Shown here: in pieces, positions 41,473 to 54,700 of the stretch
Numbering within the stretch: position 1 is the stretch's first letter
Layout of the letters: each line of letters starts with the position of its first letter
Source: Carpediemonas membranifera BICM
Lineage: Eukaryota > Protista > Fornicata
Direction: 5' to 3'
Assembly: GCA_019828565.1 (NCBI GenBank)
Contig: JAHDYR010000038.1
Location: 202,735-266,734, forward strand
Length of the DNA stretch: 64,000 bases
Program-made: the position numbers and the translations under genes
Notes under the pieces: model-generated
Told to the model about the DNA's origin: nothing
The model's input: the letters and a program-made list of their open reading frames with translations, nothing else
The model's database searches: none

Positions 41473-42858
41473 TCACCCAGACCATCCGAGATTCGTCGCC
41501 CCAGAACCCCTTGACCCTCTCAGAGAACCGGAATGGGGTGGCTGTGGGGCAGTCGTCCTCATCGCCGAACCCAGGCAGCAGGCCCGACTGGGCGAGAGGC
41601 TCTGAACTCCACCGACATAGAGCAGCTGGCGGCCACTGAGGAAGACGTTGAAATCTGGCTCAGAAGTCATGATCCGGTCGACCCTGAAAGGCAGGTCGGC
41701 GAAGCCAGTCATCTCATCAGCGTGCCCGAGTCCCAGCTGGCCATACTCATTCTCTCCACTGATCACCTGCCGATCGCCCATGGAGAGGATAACAGTGTAG
41801 AATGCATGCATGATGTGATCTGGGATAAACCCACCAGACACAGTGATTGGGTGGAAGAGGAATCTGTTGCCCCGCTCGACACGGCTCCTGAACCAGGTTT
41901 CCTTGTAGCCACTCATGGCAGCGCCAACTGGGGTGAGTATGAATGCCCGGCCTTGCTCAATCGACACATCAGTCACCAGCCTGTGCTTATCCCAGGCGGG
42001 CAGGCTGGCCTCGAGCTCGGCGACCTTGGGGCAGGCGGGGAAGGTGAGGCGGGTCGGGTCGACGAATTCATCTGACTTAAACCCCAGCTGACCAAATCCG
42101 CTAGTGCCCCAGCCCCACAGACCATTGGGCGTCCTGGCAATGTGTGAGATTCCGCTGCTGTAGACGTCGAGGGCCCTGGGCATCGTGGCCCTGGTGAGGG
42201 CGGTGTGGTGCCTCGTGTAGAGCATGAAGAGTCGGCCCATGTACATGCGGTGGTGGTAGAATCTCTCGTAGTCAGTCCACTTATAGCTCTCGCCGTCCTG
42301 CTCGGCGACGTTCAGCGTGAAGAAGAACTTGCGGCAGAGGAACCAGAGGCATTTGGCCTCAGGGGCGAGAGCGTTGCGGATCTTGTCGTGTATCGCGTTC
42401 TCATCTGGCCACTTCACTCGAGCCTCCTCCAGCACCCTGTCCTCGAGGTCTGGGTTGGCTCCACTCGCTATCATCACGGCCCACAGCGTGCCCTGGAGCA
42501 GGGTGTGCAGGGCGACCGGGAGCTCCTGCCCCTCCGCGAGCTCTACGTTCATGGAGAGCGGGGGGCCGTCTGCAAGGATCGAGCGGGCGCGGTCGAGCAG
42601 GCCTTGCGCGGTTGGTTTGAGAGGGGGAATTCTCGAGAGCATGGTTTGCAGGGATTCGAGTTCTGTGCTACTCGCGGATGCACTGGTGGTCTCTGCATCG
42701 CGCTCTACCGGCATGACCTTGTTGAAGTGCCTGGAGTAGGCGTGACGGAGCAGAGAAGGGATGTCCCCGGGGATGGAGGCGGTGATAGCAAGCGAAAGGC
42801 TGAATGCAGAGATAAGCGCTTCTCTGACATCTACTGGCGAGGAATTAGCAATACTCAT
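41473..42858 (-). CDS. RCC1/BLIP-II repeat family protein, probably frameshifted near the C-terminus
   Basis: GLWGWGTSGFGQLG and ISGENEYGQLGLG repeats; the last ~45 aa look out of frame. Confidence 0.75.
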   Translation of the reverse strand: MSIANSSPVDVREALISAFSLSLAITASIPGDIPSLLRHAYSRHFNKVMPVERDAETTSASASSTELESLQTMLSRIPPLKPTAQGLLDRARSILADGPPLSMNVELAEGQELPVALHTLLQGTLWAVMIASGANPDLEDRVLEEARVKWPDENAIHDKIRNALAPEAKCLWFLCRKFFFTLNVAEQDGESYKWTDYERFYHHRMYMGRLFMLYTRHHTALTRATMPRALDVYSSGISHIARTPNGLWGWGTSGFGQLGFKSDEFVDPTRLTFPACPKVAELEASLPAWDKHRLVTDVSIEQGRAFILTPVGAAMSGYKETWFRSRVERGNRFLFHPITVSGGFIPDHIMHAFYTVILSMGDRQVISGENEYGQLGLGHADEMTGFADLPFRVDRIMTSEPDFNVFLSGRQLLYVGGVQSLSPSRACCLGSAMRTTAPQPPHSGSLRGSRGSGATNLGWSG

Positions 42859-43160
42859 CTCTCCCAGCGCTCAGTTTGGTGGTTGCTGAATTCTGACTGA
42901 CTTTCATCCTGGACATGGTCCGCACCATCCACTCCTACAACCACACCGCCCAACAGGACATCTCGTTCTGCCTGAGGCAAGGCTACTCGGCCGTTGACTA
43001 CTAAGCACCCCACCCTACCCGCGCCTTACCCTTTACGTGAGTTGGCTCATAAATGGATCATTCTGACAGACAGACTGTGAAGACTCGCCGACCACAGACG
43101 CGTCAGCTAGTCAAGCAACCAAGAGAGTCACGCACAGCATATCATGACGAGTTTACTGGC

Positions 43161-44826
43161 TTACACTGAAACGGTCGGGAACTTGGCCTCGGTGGCGATG
43201 CCGCAGTTGTTGTAGTCGTCAGTGATGTCCATGTAGATGTAGCCGTTGTTCCCCCAGTGCGTGGACCAGCTATTTCTGACGATAGCGAAGTCCTTGCCGT
43301 TGAGGGAGCCGTAGCCGACTGCAAGCACAGCGTGCTCGAGGTCCGCGTGCTCCTGGCCGCAGGAGTTGTCCTTGAAGATGCCGTGGTCGTAGAACACGAA
43401 GCTCATGGGCACAGCGATGGCAACAGAGACGGGACCCTCAGCGATGGCCTGCTTGAGGCCCTTGACGTCCTTGGCGCTGATCATGGCGCAGCCGTCGATA
43501 GTGGGGGCAGCAGAGGCGGAGGTGTCGAAGTGGCAGTAGTCGTTGACGCCGAGGTAGGGGTACTCGACCTCAGTGGGGAGAGCGATCTTGTTGCTCCACA
43601 TCCAGTGGAAGGCAGCCTCGCCAGTGCCGCCCATGCAGCCGAGGTTGGTGGTATCCCAGAAGCAGTCCACAATGGCCTGCTTGGAGAGAACGACGGCTTC
43701 AACGGGAGCGCCAGTCTTCTTGGACTTGGCGACGGCAATACGGCCCTCGATAGCGCCAGTGGCGCCGAAGGTCCAGCAGGAGCCGCAGAAAGCTGTGTTA
43801 TAGCGCGTGGGAAGGGTACAAACCCTGATCGGGAACGCGGGGGGAGACGACGCCGTCGACACGCCAGTCAACAGAGGCGGGGGTGTTACGGGCAGCAGAG
43901 TAGGTGTAGTCGGGGTGGTTGCAGAGGGTTTCGTCTCTCACGCGGGCGTTGTGGCCGGTAGAGCCGCGGAGGACCTCCTTGAGGGTCTTGTCTGCGTGCT
44001 CATTGACCTTGAGTACGAGGGCTGTGGGGTCGTTGCGCTCAGCCATGGCGTTCGTGGCGAGGATGTACGCGTGGTTGTGCTCGAAGACGGCGCGGCGGTG
44101 GGCAGCCTCGGAGGCGGAGTAGTGGCGGCCGTGCTCGGCGGCGAAAGAATCAAAGGCGGCATCGCCAGTCTCGGAGGCGATGGGGGTGGAGAAGAAGGAC
44201 TGGAGCATGGCATAGGCGCCGGAGACAGGCTCCTCGGTGTGGACGTTCTGGCACTCGCTGGGGAGGTCAAAGTCAAGGCGCTTGCTGAAGCCAGCGACGA
44301 AAGTATCAACGTCGAGGACGTAGATGTCGTAGTGAGAGCCCCAGATGAGGTTCTGGCCGAGCATCTTGAACTGGACGGGGGCCTGAGTCTGGTGGTTGAC
44401 GTAGAGGTCGTAGTGACAGATGCGCTGATACTGCGTGGGCTGGTAGCGGTAGTGGTCGCAGACAACGCCGTTCACACGGACAGTACCGTCGAGCTTCTTG
44501 AAGAGGGTCATGTCGGGAAGGACGGGAACCTGCTCGCCGTCGGTGGCGATGGTGCACTCGCGGTGGTCCTTGGCAATGTAGGAGGTGTAGAGACCGGTGT
44601 TCGGGACGAAGAAGGTCTTCTGCTTGCCGTCGTAGATGTCCACCATCTGCTGGCCGTTCTTCTCGTCAACGGCGACGGGAATGGTCAGGTTAACATAGGG
44701 CTGGATAAGAAATGCAGGGAAGGGAAGAGAACGAACCATGGACATAGTGCCGTGAAGATAGTACTCTTTAGGCCAAGAAAGAGCGAAAGCGAAGGCTACA
44801 AGAGCAAAGAGTGCGATAACCTTCAT
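43161..44826 (-). CDS. Papain-family (C1A) cathepsin L-like protease with N-terminal extension and I29 prodomain
   Basis: Signal peptide, SVDWR, DQ|AFCGSCW, HAVLAVGYG, RNSWSTHWG; introns 44701-44736 and 43793-43823. Confidence 0.93.
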
Positions 44827-45242
44827 TTCGAACAAACTCGCTTGAGATGCCTGGCTCGAGAAGAGTCGTCAGGAGTCAAGATCAGAAAATCGAGGTCGAC
44901 GATTCCACCACGGATGTGCTACGGGGCGCGTATGGTGTGGCTTGCCGTGGCTTATATATTCAGCGTTCCAGTCGAACGATGAGCCGAGCCGATCTCATCT
45001 TCTGGACATGGACAATCAAATACAGGGCCAGGCGGGTCCATTTGATTATAGATTCCGATGGCGGCGACTAATCAGGACAAGCACCAAGACCCTCCCTTTA
45101 TATCCTGCCCATGTACCGCTGCGACCTCATGGGTTGTCCAGACTGCAGACAAGGCCCAACCTCGGGAATGGTTTACTGCCAGGTCTTCCTACGACTTGCT
45201 CCAGGTATAACATATCTCAATGCCGCCTACCGCATGCTCGGC

Positions 45243-45779
45243 TCAGTCCTCGAAGAGAGACTTCAGTCGAAAGGGCGACGCCGTCGCTGGGGACTTATTT
45301 GTAGTCGCCCCCGCATTAGTCTTCTTCGGAGACTCGGCCTCCGTGCTAGTTGTGCTCCTGCTGCTGATCCTGTCAATCAGGCCGTGGGCGTCCTTGAGTC
45401 CTTGCATGACGAGCTCGCGGTCGGAGGTGCTGGTGCCGACAGATGTCGGGAATATCGCTAAAGGGCTATATGAAGCCGTACTTTCGGCGTTTGCTACCCC
45501 AGAGGCTCCTGTGGGCGTGTGGAAGGGTGTTGGCGTCAGTGGCTTATCGGGATTCGTGAAGATCTGCGATATATTTGTTTTGACGTTATCTACCATGCGC
45601 GCTACTCTTGTCTCTAATTCCATGATGTCGTGCATCTTTGTGCTCAAGGATTGGGCAGTTTTCCTCATCTCGCGCGAGGAATACTCAATCGGGGACTTCC
45701 GCACAGTTGAAGGCTCCATCGATAACGGAGACTTGATCTGCAACGACATTCGTGACGAAGAATATGGTGAATATGACAT
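45243..45779 (-). CDS. Hypothetical Ser/Pro-rich protein
   Basis: ORF with a short coiled coil; start uncertain. Confidence 0.4.
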   Translation of the reverse strand: MSYSPYSSSRMSLQIKSPLSMEPSTVRKSPIEYSSREMRKTAQSLSTKMHDIMELETRVARMVDNVKTNISQIFTNPDKPLTPTPFHTPTGASGVANAESTASYSPLAIFPTSVGTSTSDRELVMQGLKDAHGLIDRISSRSTTSTEAESPKKTNAGATTNKSPATASPFRLKSLFED

Positions 45780-46077
45780 TCAGCCCACTGAATCGGCCCC
45801 GCGAATTGTTTCTGACATAAAATGCGGAATAGAGATTCAGAGGAGCTGATGGCCTGCTGTGCCACAAGAAGTGCTCTATAGAACGTATCGCAACCAATAT
45901 ACTCTTTTCAGCTCTTAAGATTGCAGCCCGTTCCTCCTCGCACTGACAGAGATTCCTGCAGAAGACTTGGCCCCGCCCCCTCAAATAGTCCTCAACACGG
46001 ACAATAACCCTTGAACAGGGTCTGTCTGGGCAATACCGGCCTCTTGCGACGATGCCTGAAAAAAGCTGGCAACGACG

Positions 46078-48596
46078 ATGGAGCCAGTGGACGTTCTCAT
46101 CCTCGCATGCAGCAAGATCAACGTACGTATCGTATTGAATCGACATAGATTACACATACTCCTGAGCATGCGGTCGGGGAGGAGCTCCTGAAGTCAATCT
46201 CAGAACCCACCGTCATATTTGGCGTAATGATGCAGGTACTCACTAACGGTGTCCAATTAGACCAATCTGTGCGCTCTCTAGCACTGTTCCGTGCCTGCAA
46301 CATCCTGCGCAAGTCGATCTCGTCCGATTGGTGGGTCCCATTCAAACAGCAGAAGCCAGAGGCAGCCGAGCTTCCCTACCGCCTGCTGGCCGAGTCCACC
46401 GCACTCCCCAGATACTCCGCAAACGCTCTCCGGGTGGCCGCTGCCCAAGTCTGGATGGTCGACTTCGTCGCCCAGTCTGACGAGACCCGCGACGGCATTA
46501 TCTCGTCGCTCCTCTCTCCGCAAGGCATTGAAAACCCGGATCTGATGACAGTGCAGGCGATACATTCACTTATTGATGTATTCAGCGGACAGGACGAGGG
46601 ATCTGCTCTCGCGGCACGACAGCACCTCTTCGACACCCGCAAGCTGTTCGAGGAACGCTACATGCCTGCTATTCTCCAGAAACTGGCCCAGCTGGTGCTC
46701 GGCAACGAACCAGCACTGCGTCGTCCCACCTTTCTCTGCCTCACGGCCGCCCTCTCGTGGCCCCTGGTCGGGTCACACTCCCTAGTGTCATATTTCACAG
46801 CCCTGGACGCTGAGGGGAAGAGCGCGGCAAGACAGGCGCCTGCAACTTGGTGTCAGATCCTCACACCGGCGCTGGTTAGTCATATCTTTGATATCTACCT
46901 CGCCCGCAATGTTCGGGGTGAGCCCATGGAGGCGAATGCCGTGCTCGAATGCATCAAGTCTGTATCCGATCTCGTAGGGATTCCCGAGGCCCACCTGACC
47001 CTGGTAGGCCGGGCAATTCATACCGCCAAGAGCTTCTTCTCGGGCGACGAGTTCTTTGCGCTGGTTTATATCATCCAGCACACTGTATTCGCACTAGATT
47101 ACAAGATCTTCCACATCAAAGCTGAGGATCTTCTGGAAGATCTGCTCAATATTACTGACCGAACGTTGTCGCCTGAGATGGCGTCGTTGGAAACCTTTGA
47201 GATGGAGTCATTTGTCGCAATCTTGGATGTATGGACCACAATATCTCTTCAAATCGAAACAGATTCGCTCGATATGGAGATACCATCAAATCTCAGAGAT
47301 TTGATCCAGACGTATCTGTTCAAGGTTTTCGATCTCTACCTCACCCGCCGTATCGACAAATCCGTGGCCGAGCTTAGCGAATACGACTTCGAGGAAGAGG
47401 CATTCGCCGACCCGGACATTGAGCAGCAGACTCTTGCCGGAATCGGTCAGGTCGCCCGAGCGACTGCAGTGAAGTCGCTGCCGGAAATTGGGCAGCGACT
47501 CGACTCCTTGGTGCAGTCGATTGGACCATCCGGGCCCACTGACGCCCAGCTCGAGGGTCTCGAGTGGATCTTGTGTATCTTGGGCAATCTTTTGGCAGAT
47601 CCGATCTCATCTGAACAGGCCGAGATTCCCATGGATCTTTCGCCCCAGAGAGTTAACCCACGCGATCTGGCGGTCGCAGTATCAACCACACTCCGTATCT
47701 CCACCCATATCTTGCAGTCCAACCTCTCTGACCATCTTTCCGGCACAGTCGCGCAGACTTTGACTCGAGTTATTCCGGCATACGTTTTCCGGATTCCGGA
47801 GTCAATGCTTGACTCTGCCGCAGTTATTCCGGCAGTAGTGCACGCTGCTCTCAGTGCGATGCCCCAACTCGTCGGTGACCCTGCCATGGCCCATGTTGTC
47901 GGCCTCCTCGAAGTCCTCGCCGAGCGCTTCCAGGCAGAGATGCTCAAACCCGAGGTCTCCGCCCAACTCCAGGCCTTCTGGGCGATTATCGAGCGGTCAC
48001 TCTCTGGCTCTGTCCTGAGTCGATTTATCACCGTCCTGGCACACATCCACAGCGGTCCTGACGTCCACACAATCGCCCAGATGATCGCCCAGACATCCGC
48101 TGAGCCGGTGGTCGAGCGTGGTCTCAGAATGCTCATAGGTCTCGCGCCCGTAGGACAGAGCACCGTCGCGGCGTGCCCTGCTCTCGTGGCGGTGCTTGAG
48201 TCCCAGAACCTGGTCTCTTTACACGCGCTGGCGTTGAAGGCGGGTCTGGCTCTGGCTCGGGGCGCGTGCTTGACTGATACGGAGTTCTTGGAGCTCACAC
48301 GCGCGACATGGCCGTTGGTACATCAGACGGTCAGTCGAATCACTGCCTATCGCGTTAGATCCGACTACGATCTTGACATGGTCAGCAAAATCTGCATCAG
48401 ATTTTTGAGATTTATTTCGCATCTCCGGTTTATTTCCCGGATCCCCGCCTCTGAGTCGAGTCACCAGCTGTGGGCCGGGTTCGATGGGATGGTCCAGGCC
48501 ATTGCCAGCGCGTACGGGGACATCCCGGGCGTGTTCAAGGAGCTGGAGCCCGCGAGAGCTGCGCTCTTTCGGCATACTGGGGCTGAGCGGGGTTGA
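46078..48596 (+). CDS. Importin-beta/exportin-like ARM/HEAT protein
   Basis: Long helical ORF; 26-nt intron 46123-46148 adds MEPVDVLILAC; 'LFRACNILRKSISSDW' resembles the IBN_N region. Confidence 0.65.
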
Positions 48597-48982
48597 GTTC
48601 GTTTTGGAGATGTATATATATAAAATGCGGTTCAGAGTTGCAGTGACTTGATCGTCGACTGATGGCTGGATGCGACAGTGGATATGAGCAGCATGGTCAG
48701 CAGAATGATGAGGCCTGGTGAGAGCGACCCTGACTCACAGTGATGGAAGGAATTGCATCATGTGTTGTACAAAAACGTGAGTGTTCCTTGTCGACTCAGC
48801 TCCCGTTGACTCTCGGAGACATCGGCTATCCTGCGTGCTGTCAATCGGTGATGACGTGAAGTTGTCCAAAGTACGCTATCCCGGTGCTATTCTTACACAG
48901 TTGATGCGTTACAGCAGCAGTAACACAGCTGCGTCGAACTTCTCTCACACAGCACGCCTGACGCGTTTGATCCGCCAATTCC

Positions 48983-50779
48983 ATGATAACACAGACCGTG
49001 GTTCGTATCGAGGCCGTATTCTCACACAGCGACAACTGCAGTGCAATAGATACTCAGAATGTCTTCCAAAGATTCTTTCCTTCGGCCTACGAAACCGATG
49101 ACGAGCCCTACACCTTCCAGGAGCTCGAAGCAGAACTCCAGTATCTTCTCAGGGTGCACCGATCACCCGTTACGCCGATACAGCTCACTGATCCCGCTGT
49201 GACCGTTGTGATGGATGATGACAAACTCAGAGTTGTTGGCGGCAGTGGAGATTCTCGGGTTAAGCTCGCGGTCGAAGCATGGAACATGGCGTCTTCGGAG
49301 CGTTCAGGAGCTAGTTCGAGCCTTAAGACACTGATAGGGCATTGCAGCCGAGTTCCAGTCGCCACCTCCCCCGACGGCACCATTTTCATGGCGTGCAACG
49401 ACCGCACTGTCATGCAGTGGAACCCGGCCAAATGCCGGACTACCAGTGTAATGAAGTTTGAAGGCTATGTCACCGCTATTGCTGTGTTTCCAGACAAGTC
49501 GACCGTTGCCACTGGGGCCACCCCAGGAGAATCGGATTATGACTCGGACTGCGATGACTATCGCATATACTTCTGGGACGCAGCCACATGCCAGCGGACC
49601 CAGACACTCAGAGGGCACACTCATTATGTGGGGAGCCTTGCATTCTCGTCTGATGGCCGCACCCTGGTCTCCGGGTCGGCTGACAAAACCGCCATCTGGG
49701 ACGTCGAGACAGGGCGATGCTTGTGGACACTCACAGGGCATATCAAGAGTGTGGTCAGCGCGGCCATCTCCCCTGATGGCTCGACCGTTTACACTGGAAG
49801 CCTTGACGGCACGATCAAGCAGTGGAGCTCCGCCACTGGCAAACACATCAGGACCATGAACAAGAGTGCAAAATTCAACAGCATTACTGCGACGCTCGTG
49901 AATTTTTTCACCGATCGTGACAGCATGATGATATTCGATTTAACGCACGTCTTCAGCATTGCCGTGTAGGCTGATGGGGCCATCGTCGCATCCGGCGTTA
50001 ATGGCCTCGTCTTGTTCTGGGACACAGAAACTGGCCAGGCGATTCGGCCCCTATTTAAGAATGCAGGTTGTGTGCGAAGCGTCGCCTTCTCCCAAGACGG
50101 CACTACCATCCTATTTGGATCAGATGACAATGCAGCCAAGATCTGGAGCACACTCACCCGCACCCCCCAGTTCCTGGCCACCGTCAACCAGCTCTGCTCC
50201 AGCCCAGTCACCCCCGATGCCGATGTCGCCATCGACCCTGGCTACAAATCACCCACTTGCGACCTCGCTCGTATCCTCCACTTCCTCGCCACTGGTCTGC
50301 CCCGCTCCTTTTCGATGACGCTGACCCGCCCCGCCGCCAGAGTCTGGCTGGAGAACAAGTTCGCCAAGACAGACTCCAAGGACGCCGGGCTTGCCAAGAT
50401 TGTCAATCTCTACAACGCCGCAAGGAAACATACTATGCGTCAAGGAGATGAGGTCGTCTCCGCCTTTTACTCACGTCCTCCCGCCAATGCATCGCTTGCT
50501 CTCGTCACCACATTTCAGCTGAGACAGGTCGTAACTCACGTGACATCACACGCAGTACCGAGCAGCTTGACTGTCACCATCACCGACACAGCCACGACCG
50601 TCACTCTGACTGATGGCCTGTTCAGGGCCGACCGGCATGCCCTCGAGGTAGACGCGATCCTTTCTGATGGGAACTGCCGCATGCTTCAGAAAGCCATGGC
50701 CGAGCAGAAGAATCGTGCCAAGCAGCAACTCGCAGCAGTCAAGGCCGACTGCACCGCGCAGATCAACGTGCTCAACTAA
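48983..50779 (+). pseudogene. WD40-repeat protein with an in-frame TAG at 49967
   Basis: GH...WD repeats read continuously across the stop (SIAV*ADGAIVASG); paralogous to the 5' part of 51741-56444. Confidence 0.75.
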
Positions 50780-51740
50780 GCTGAAGGCGACCGTGGCATC
50801 GTTCTCCCAGATATAGAAGCCACGCACACCGATGGATCAGCGCCATACTCTCAGCCGTCATCCCGACCCACGATGGTGGCCACATCTCGTCGCGCGCTGA
50901 TCTCCTCAGCCGACTCGGCCTAGCCAGACCGCCTTTCCTCATTGACAAAGAGCGAGCGAGTATCGAGCATCATTAGACACCCAGCTGGCTTTTCCGAAGC
51001 CCAGCATCTCTGTAACTGTGCGCAGTGTCAATCAATAAATGAGCGCCGACCTCACTGTCCAGGGACCATTTCGATGCCAATGATTCCAGGAGATGCAATA
51101 ATAAGAATACAGAAGAAAGACATATAGGTGGGCGGCACCTAGAGAGGCAGGTTCGACTGAGATGGACTCGCCCCCGTTAAAGTACGCGGGATCATTATAG
51201 ATTTGAGTTCATGTGAAGTCATACAGCGACCGTACTCAGCCTTAACGGCTCGATAGACCCTGACCATTCCCTTTCACTCTGCTGTCCGCTCCCCCGTTTT
51301 CCTAAGCACACATAGCCCCGCCCGCCTTAGTTGCCGTTGCGTGGACCGCGCGTTTTGCTTGAATAACATGGGTTGAGTAAAAACGGATCAGATTTGAGTG
51401 ATTCTCAGGAGTGTTAAGACTAGTAGTGCAGGGCTTGAACGTGTTCAACTAGACTACCTGCCCGCCAACGCCGCATGCGGGAGTGGCCTGACCACGGTGT
51501 TGGGCGACTGGGAGCAGGTTTTACTCAGCACTGGCCCTACCACAGCCAGCATGCCGCCATGCCTTTGATGCCACAGACGATCTGCGGTGTTGGATGTCGA
51601 TCTCTCAAAACCGCTTCGACTTCCACGAAGTCACCACAGAATGCCCGAAACACCGCAATTAGGGGAGAGACGGTGCATAACGTACGTTTTCGATGGAAAA
51701 CTAACACAGCTGGTACGTTCCCCTCCCATTTGGCGCAGAG

Positions 51741-54700
51741 ATGCAGCCCGCGGCGAGTTTAAGAGAGAGCAGTAACACAGTGGATCGCAGCAATGGTGCG
51801 TCCTCCACGATAATCTCACGCAGTCAGTCATGCATAATAGTAGATGGCTGGATTAGAAAAGCAACGACGCGCGTCTTCACCACAGAGGACAAGTTCCACC
51901 TTCGTCCTTTGGCCGAATCGCCACTGACCGCTACAGACCTCGCACTCATCCTCGACAACCTCTCGGTACGGCCTAGAGAGTTCAGCATGAGGCTGACTGA
52001 GCCCGACCTCACTGTCACGATGAGGCATGGCAAGCTGGCCGCCGACAAGCCCGACAGCGCCGTCGACGATCTGCTCGCTGCCTGGAATGCGAGGATGACT
52101 GAGTGCATCCAGACGATGAAGGGACACACCAATCACGTGATCAGCGTCGCCTTCCTCCCTGACGGCACCATGGTCACTGGGTCACGCGATGGGACGACCA
52201 AGCTGTGGGACAAGCACGGCGTGTGCACTATGACGATGGAGCATGGTGGGCGTGTTATGTGCATCGCCGTCTCCCCAGACGGATCGACAATCGCCTCAGG
52301 CGGGAGTGACCACAAGATCAAGCTGTGGAACCAGACCGACAGACTCGTCGCGACGCTCGAGGGGCACGCCAATGATGTGAGAAGCATCGCCTTCTCCTCA
52401 GACGGCAAGACGCTGGTGTCCGGATCCGATGACAAAACAGTCAGGACGTGGGATATCGCCACCGGCGAGTGCAGGACGATGGAAGGGCACTCTCGTGAGA
52501 TACTCTCAGTCGCCATCACCCCCGACGGCAAGACTATAGTCTCTGGATCGTCTGATTGTACAGTCAAGGTGTGGGACGCTGAGTCGGGCAGACTCGAGCA
52601 GACTATGAATGAACACACAGATTCTGTCACCACCGTCGCCGTCTCCCCAGACGGCACTGTGATGGTCTCTGGGTCTGCTGATAAGACCATCAGACTCTGG
52701 GACACCAGGACCTGGGTGTACTTTGCCGTCTGCAGGGGGCATACGGGTGCTGTCCGCAGCGTCGCCTTCTCGCCCGACAGCAGGACCCTCGCCTCTGGGT
52801 CTGAGGACAAAAGCATCAAGCTCTGGGACATTGGCGAGGGGAGCGGCGACTGCTATCAGACGCTCTGGGGTCACACTTATTGGGTGTTCGGCGTCGCCTT
52901 CTCCCCAGACGGGTCGACCCTGCTCTCTGGATCAACTGACAGCAGTGCCAAGCTGTGGCAAATCAAGCACTCGCCAGAGATCGAAGAGGTCTGCGCCCAA
53001 TCCACGCTCGATGCTGACATCAGCCTGCCGTCCGACGACTCGCCCCTCAGCATCCGCGACCTGGCACGGGTCACCGCCCAAATGCTCGCCACGGGCCTGC
53101 CCCGCTCCTTCGAGATGAGGCTGGCCCGCTCACCTGTCATTATCAGTATGGATGATGGTCTTTTCCTTGAGACGCCAGCAAGCCCGGAGGTGCGCCTCCT
53201 ACTCGCCCCGCTCAACTATAGTCGCCTCAACAAACTGGTCGCCCAGGCCTGCGCCGATGCAGAGATCGAACTGCCTGTCACGTCCACCGCCGTTATGGAC
53301 CCGCACGGCTTCATCTCAGTCTCGCCCTCAGATGACAAGATCGCTGCTGCGCTGCTGCCGGTCAACCGCCCTCACATCGCCGCAGTATTTGCTAGAATCT
53401 GCGCCCAACCGGTCACGTCCGACACCGCGATCAGCATCGCACCCGCCGACCTCTCCACGCTGAAGAAGCTCCTCGCGCACGTCGAGGCCTTTGGGGTCGC
53501 GCCCCGCTCATTCAAGGTCCAGCTCGACGACCAAGCCACAACCGTCACCCTCGGCCCGACTGGATTTGAGGTCGCCCCACCAAACCAGACCGTAGCCAAG
53601 GTGCTCAGCGGCTTCAGCTTCCTGACCACCCACCTTGGCGCCATCTCGACCGACGATGAGATCAGCCTGGGTGAGGAAGCGCCGCTCACGGCCAATGATT
53701 TCCGTGCCGCTCTGTCCCGTCTGGCCGGCCGGAGGATTGCCCCTCGTTCGTTCGAGATGAAGCTGTCCAAGCCCCAAATAGTCGTCAAGCTGAACGCAGA
53801 AAAGTTCCTCGTCGCCCGCGGGGCAGCCACCGGCAGTGCGCAGAATCCGGTGACCGCCATCATGAATCAGTTTAACCAGGCTGTCTTCCGTCACAAGATC
53901 GACGAGTTCTGCGCCCAACCCGTCACTGCTGACAGCGATGTCTACCTCACCTTCGACAAGAAAAGCGCGCCGATCTTGAGAATCACCCTCGGTGACCTCT
54001 CCCGCGTCGTCGACCACATCTTGTCATGCCACGTCCTGCCTCGCTCCTTCACGATGCAGCTGAGGTCGCCACAGTGCACGATTCAGCGCAACAATGACGG
54101 GTTTTTCTGCCCGTCAGTGCCCAAATCGGCGGTTTATGATATCATTGACCCGCTCAACCGAATCTGTCTAGACGCGATTTTGGACGGGCGCCTGCGCCGG
54201 CCGGTGAATAGCAAGACGGAGCTCCGCTACATGTTCCCCGGTTACGTCCCGACTGACGCTCGTGACCTGCGTCGCGTGCTCGACCACGCGACTGCCGGAG
54301 ACAAATTGCCTCGCGTTTTCCAAATGAAGGTCAACCGCCCTGAAACAACGGTTTCACTCGGACCTCGGGGGTTCACGTCGACGCACGCCAACTCCGGGGT
54401 CAACGCCGTCCTCAAGCAGGTTAACGCCCTGCCCGTGGTCGCGAAACTCATCAAAGTACACGATGCGGAGCGCATGCTGTCCGGTGCCGACGATGCGATA
54501 TTCACCGATGCAAACCTTGAGAGTGCCAAGGCCCTGTTGGACAAGGCAAATGTCCTGCTAACCGTCGCCGGCCCGCACGCAACACAGCTCAAGGAACGTG
54601 TGCTCGCACTGAGGACCGACCTCGCACGCCTCCAGCCTGTTCAGGCGCTCGACGAGGACCTGATGCCTGCGCTCAAGGGCCGCGTCAAGGAGGCGCTGGA

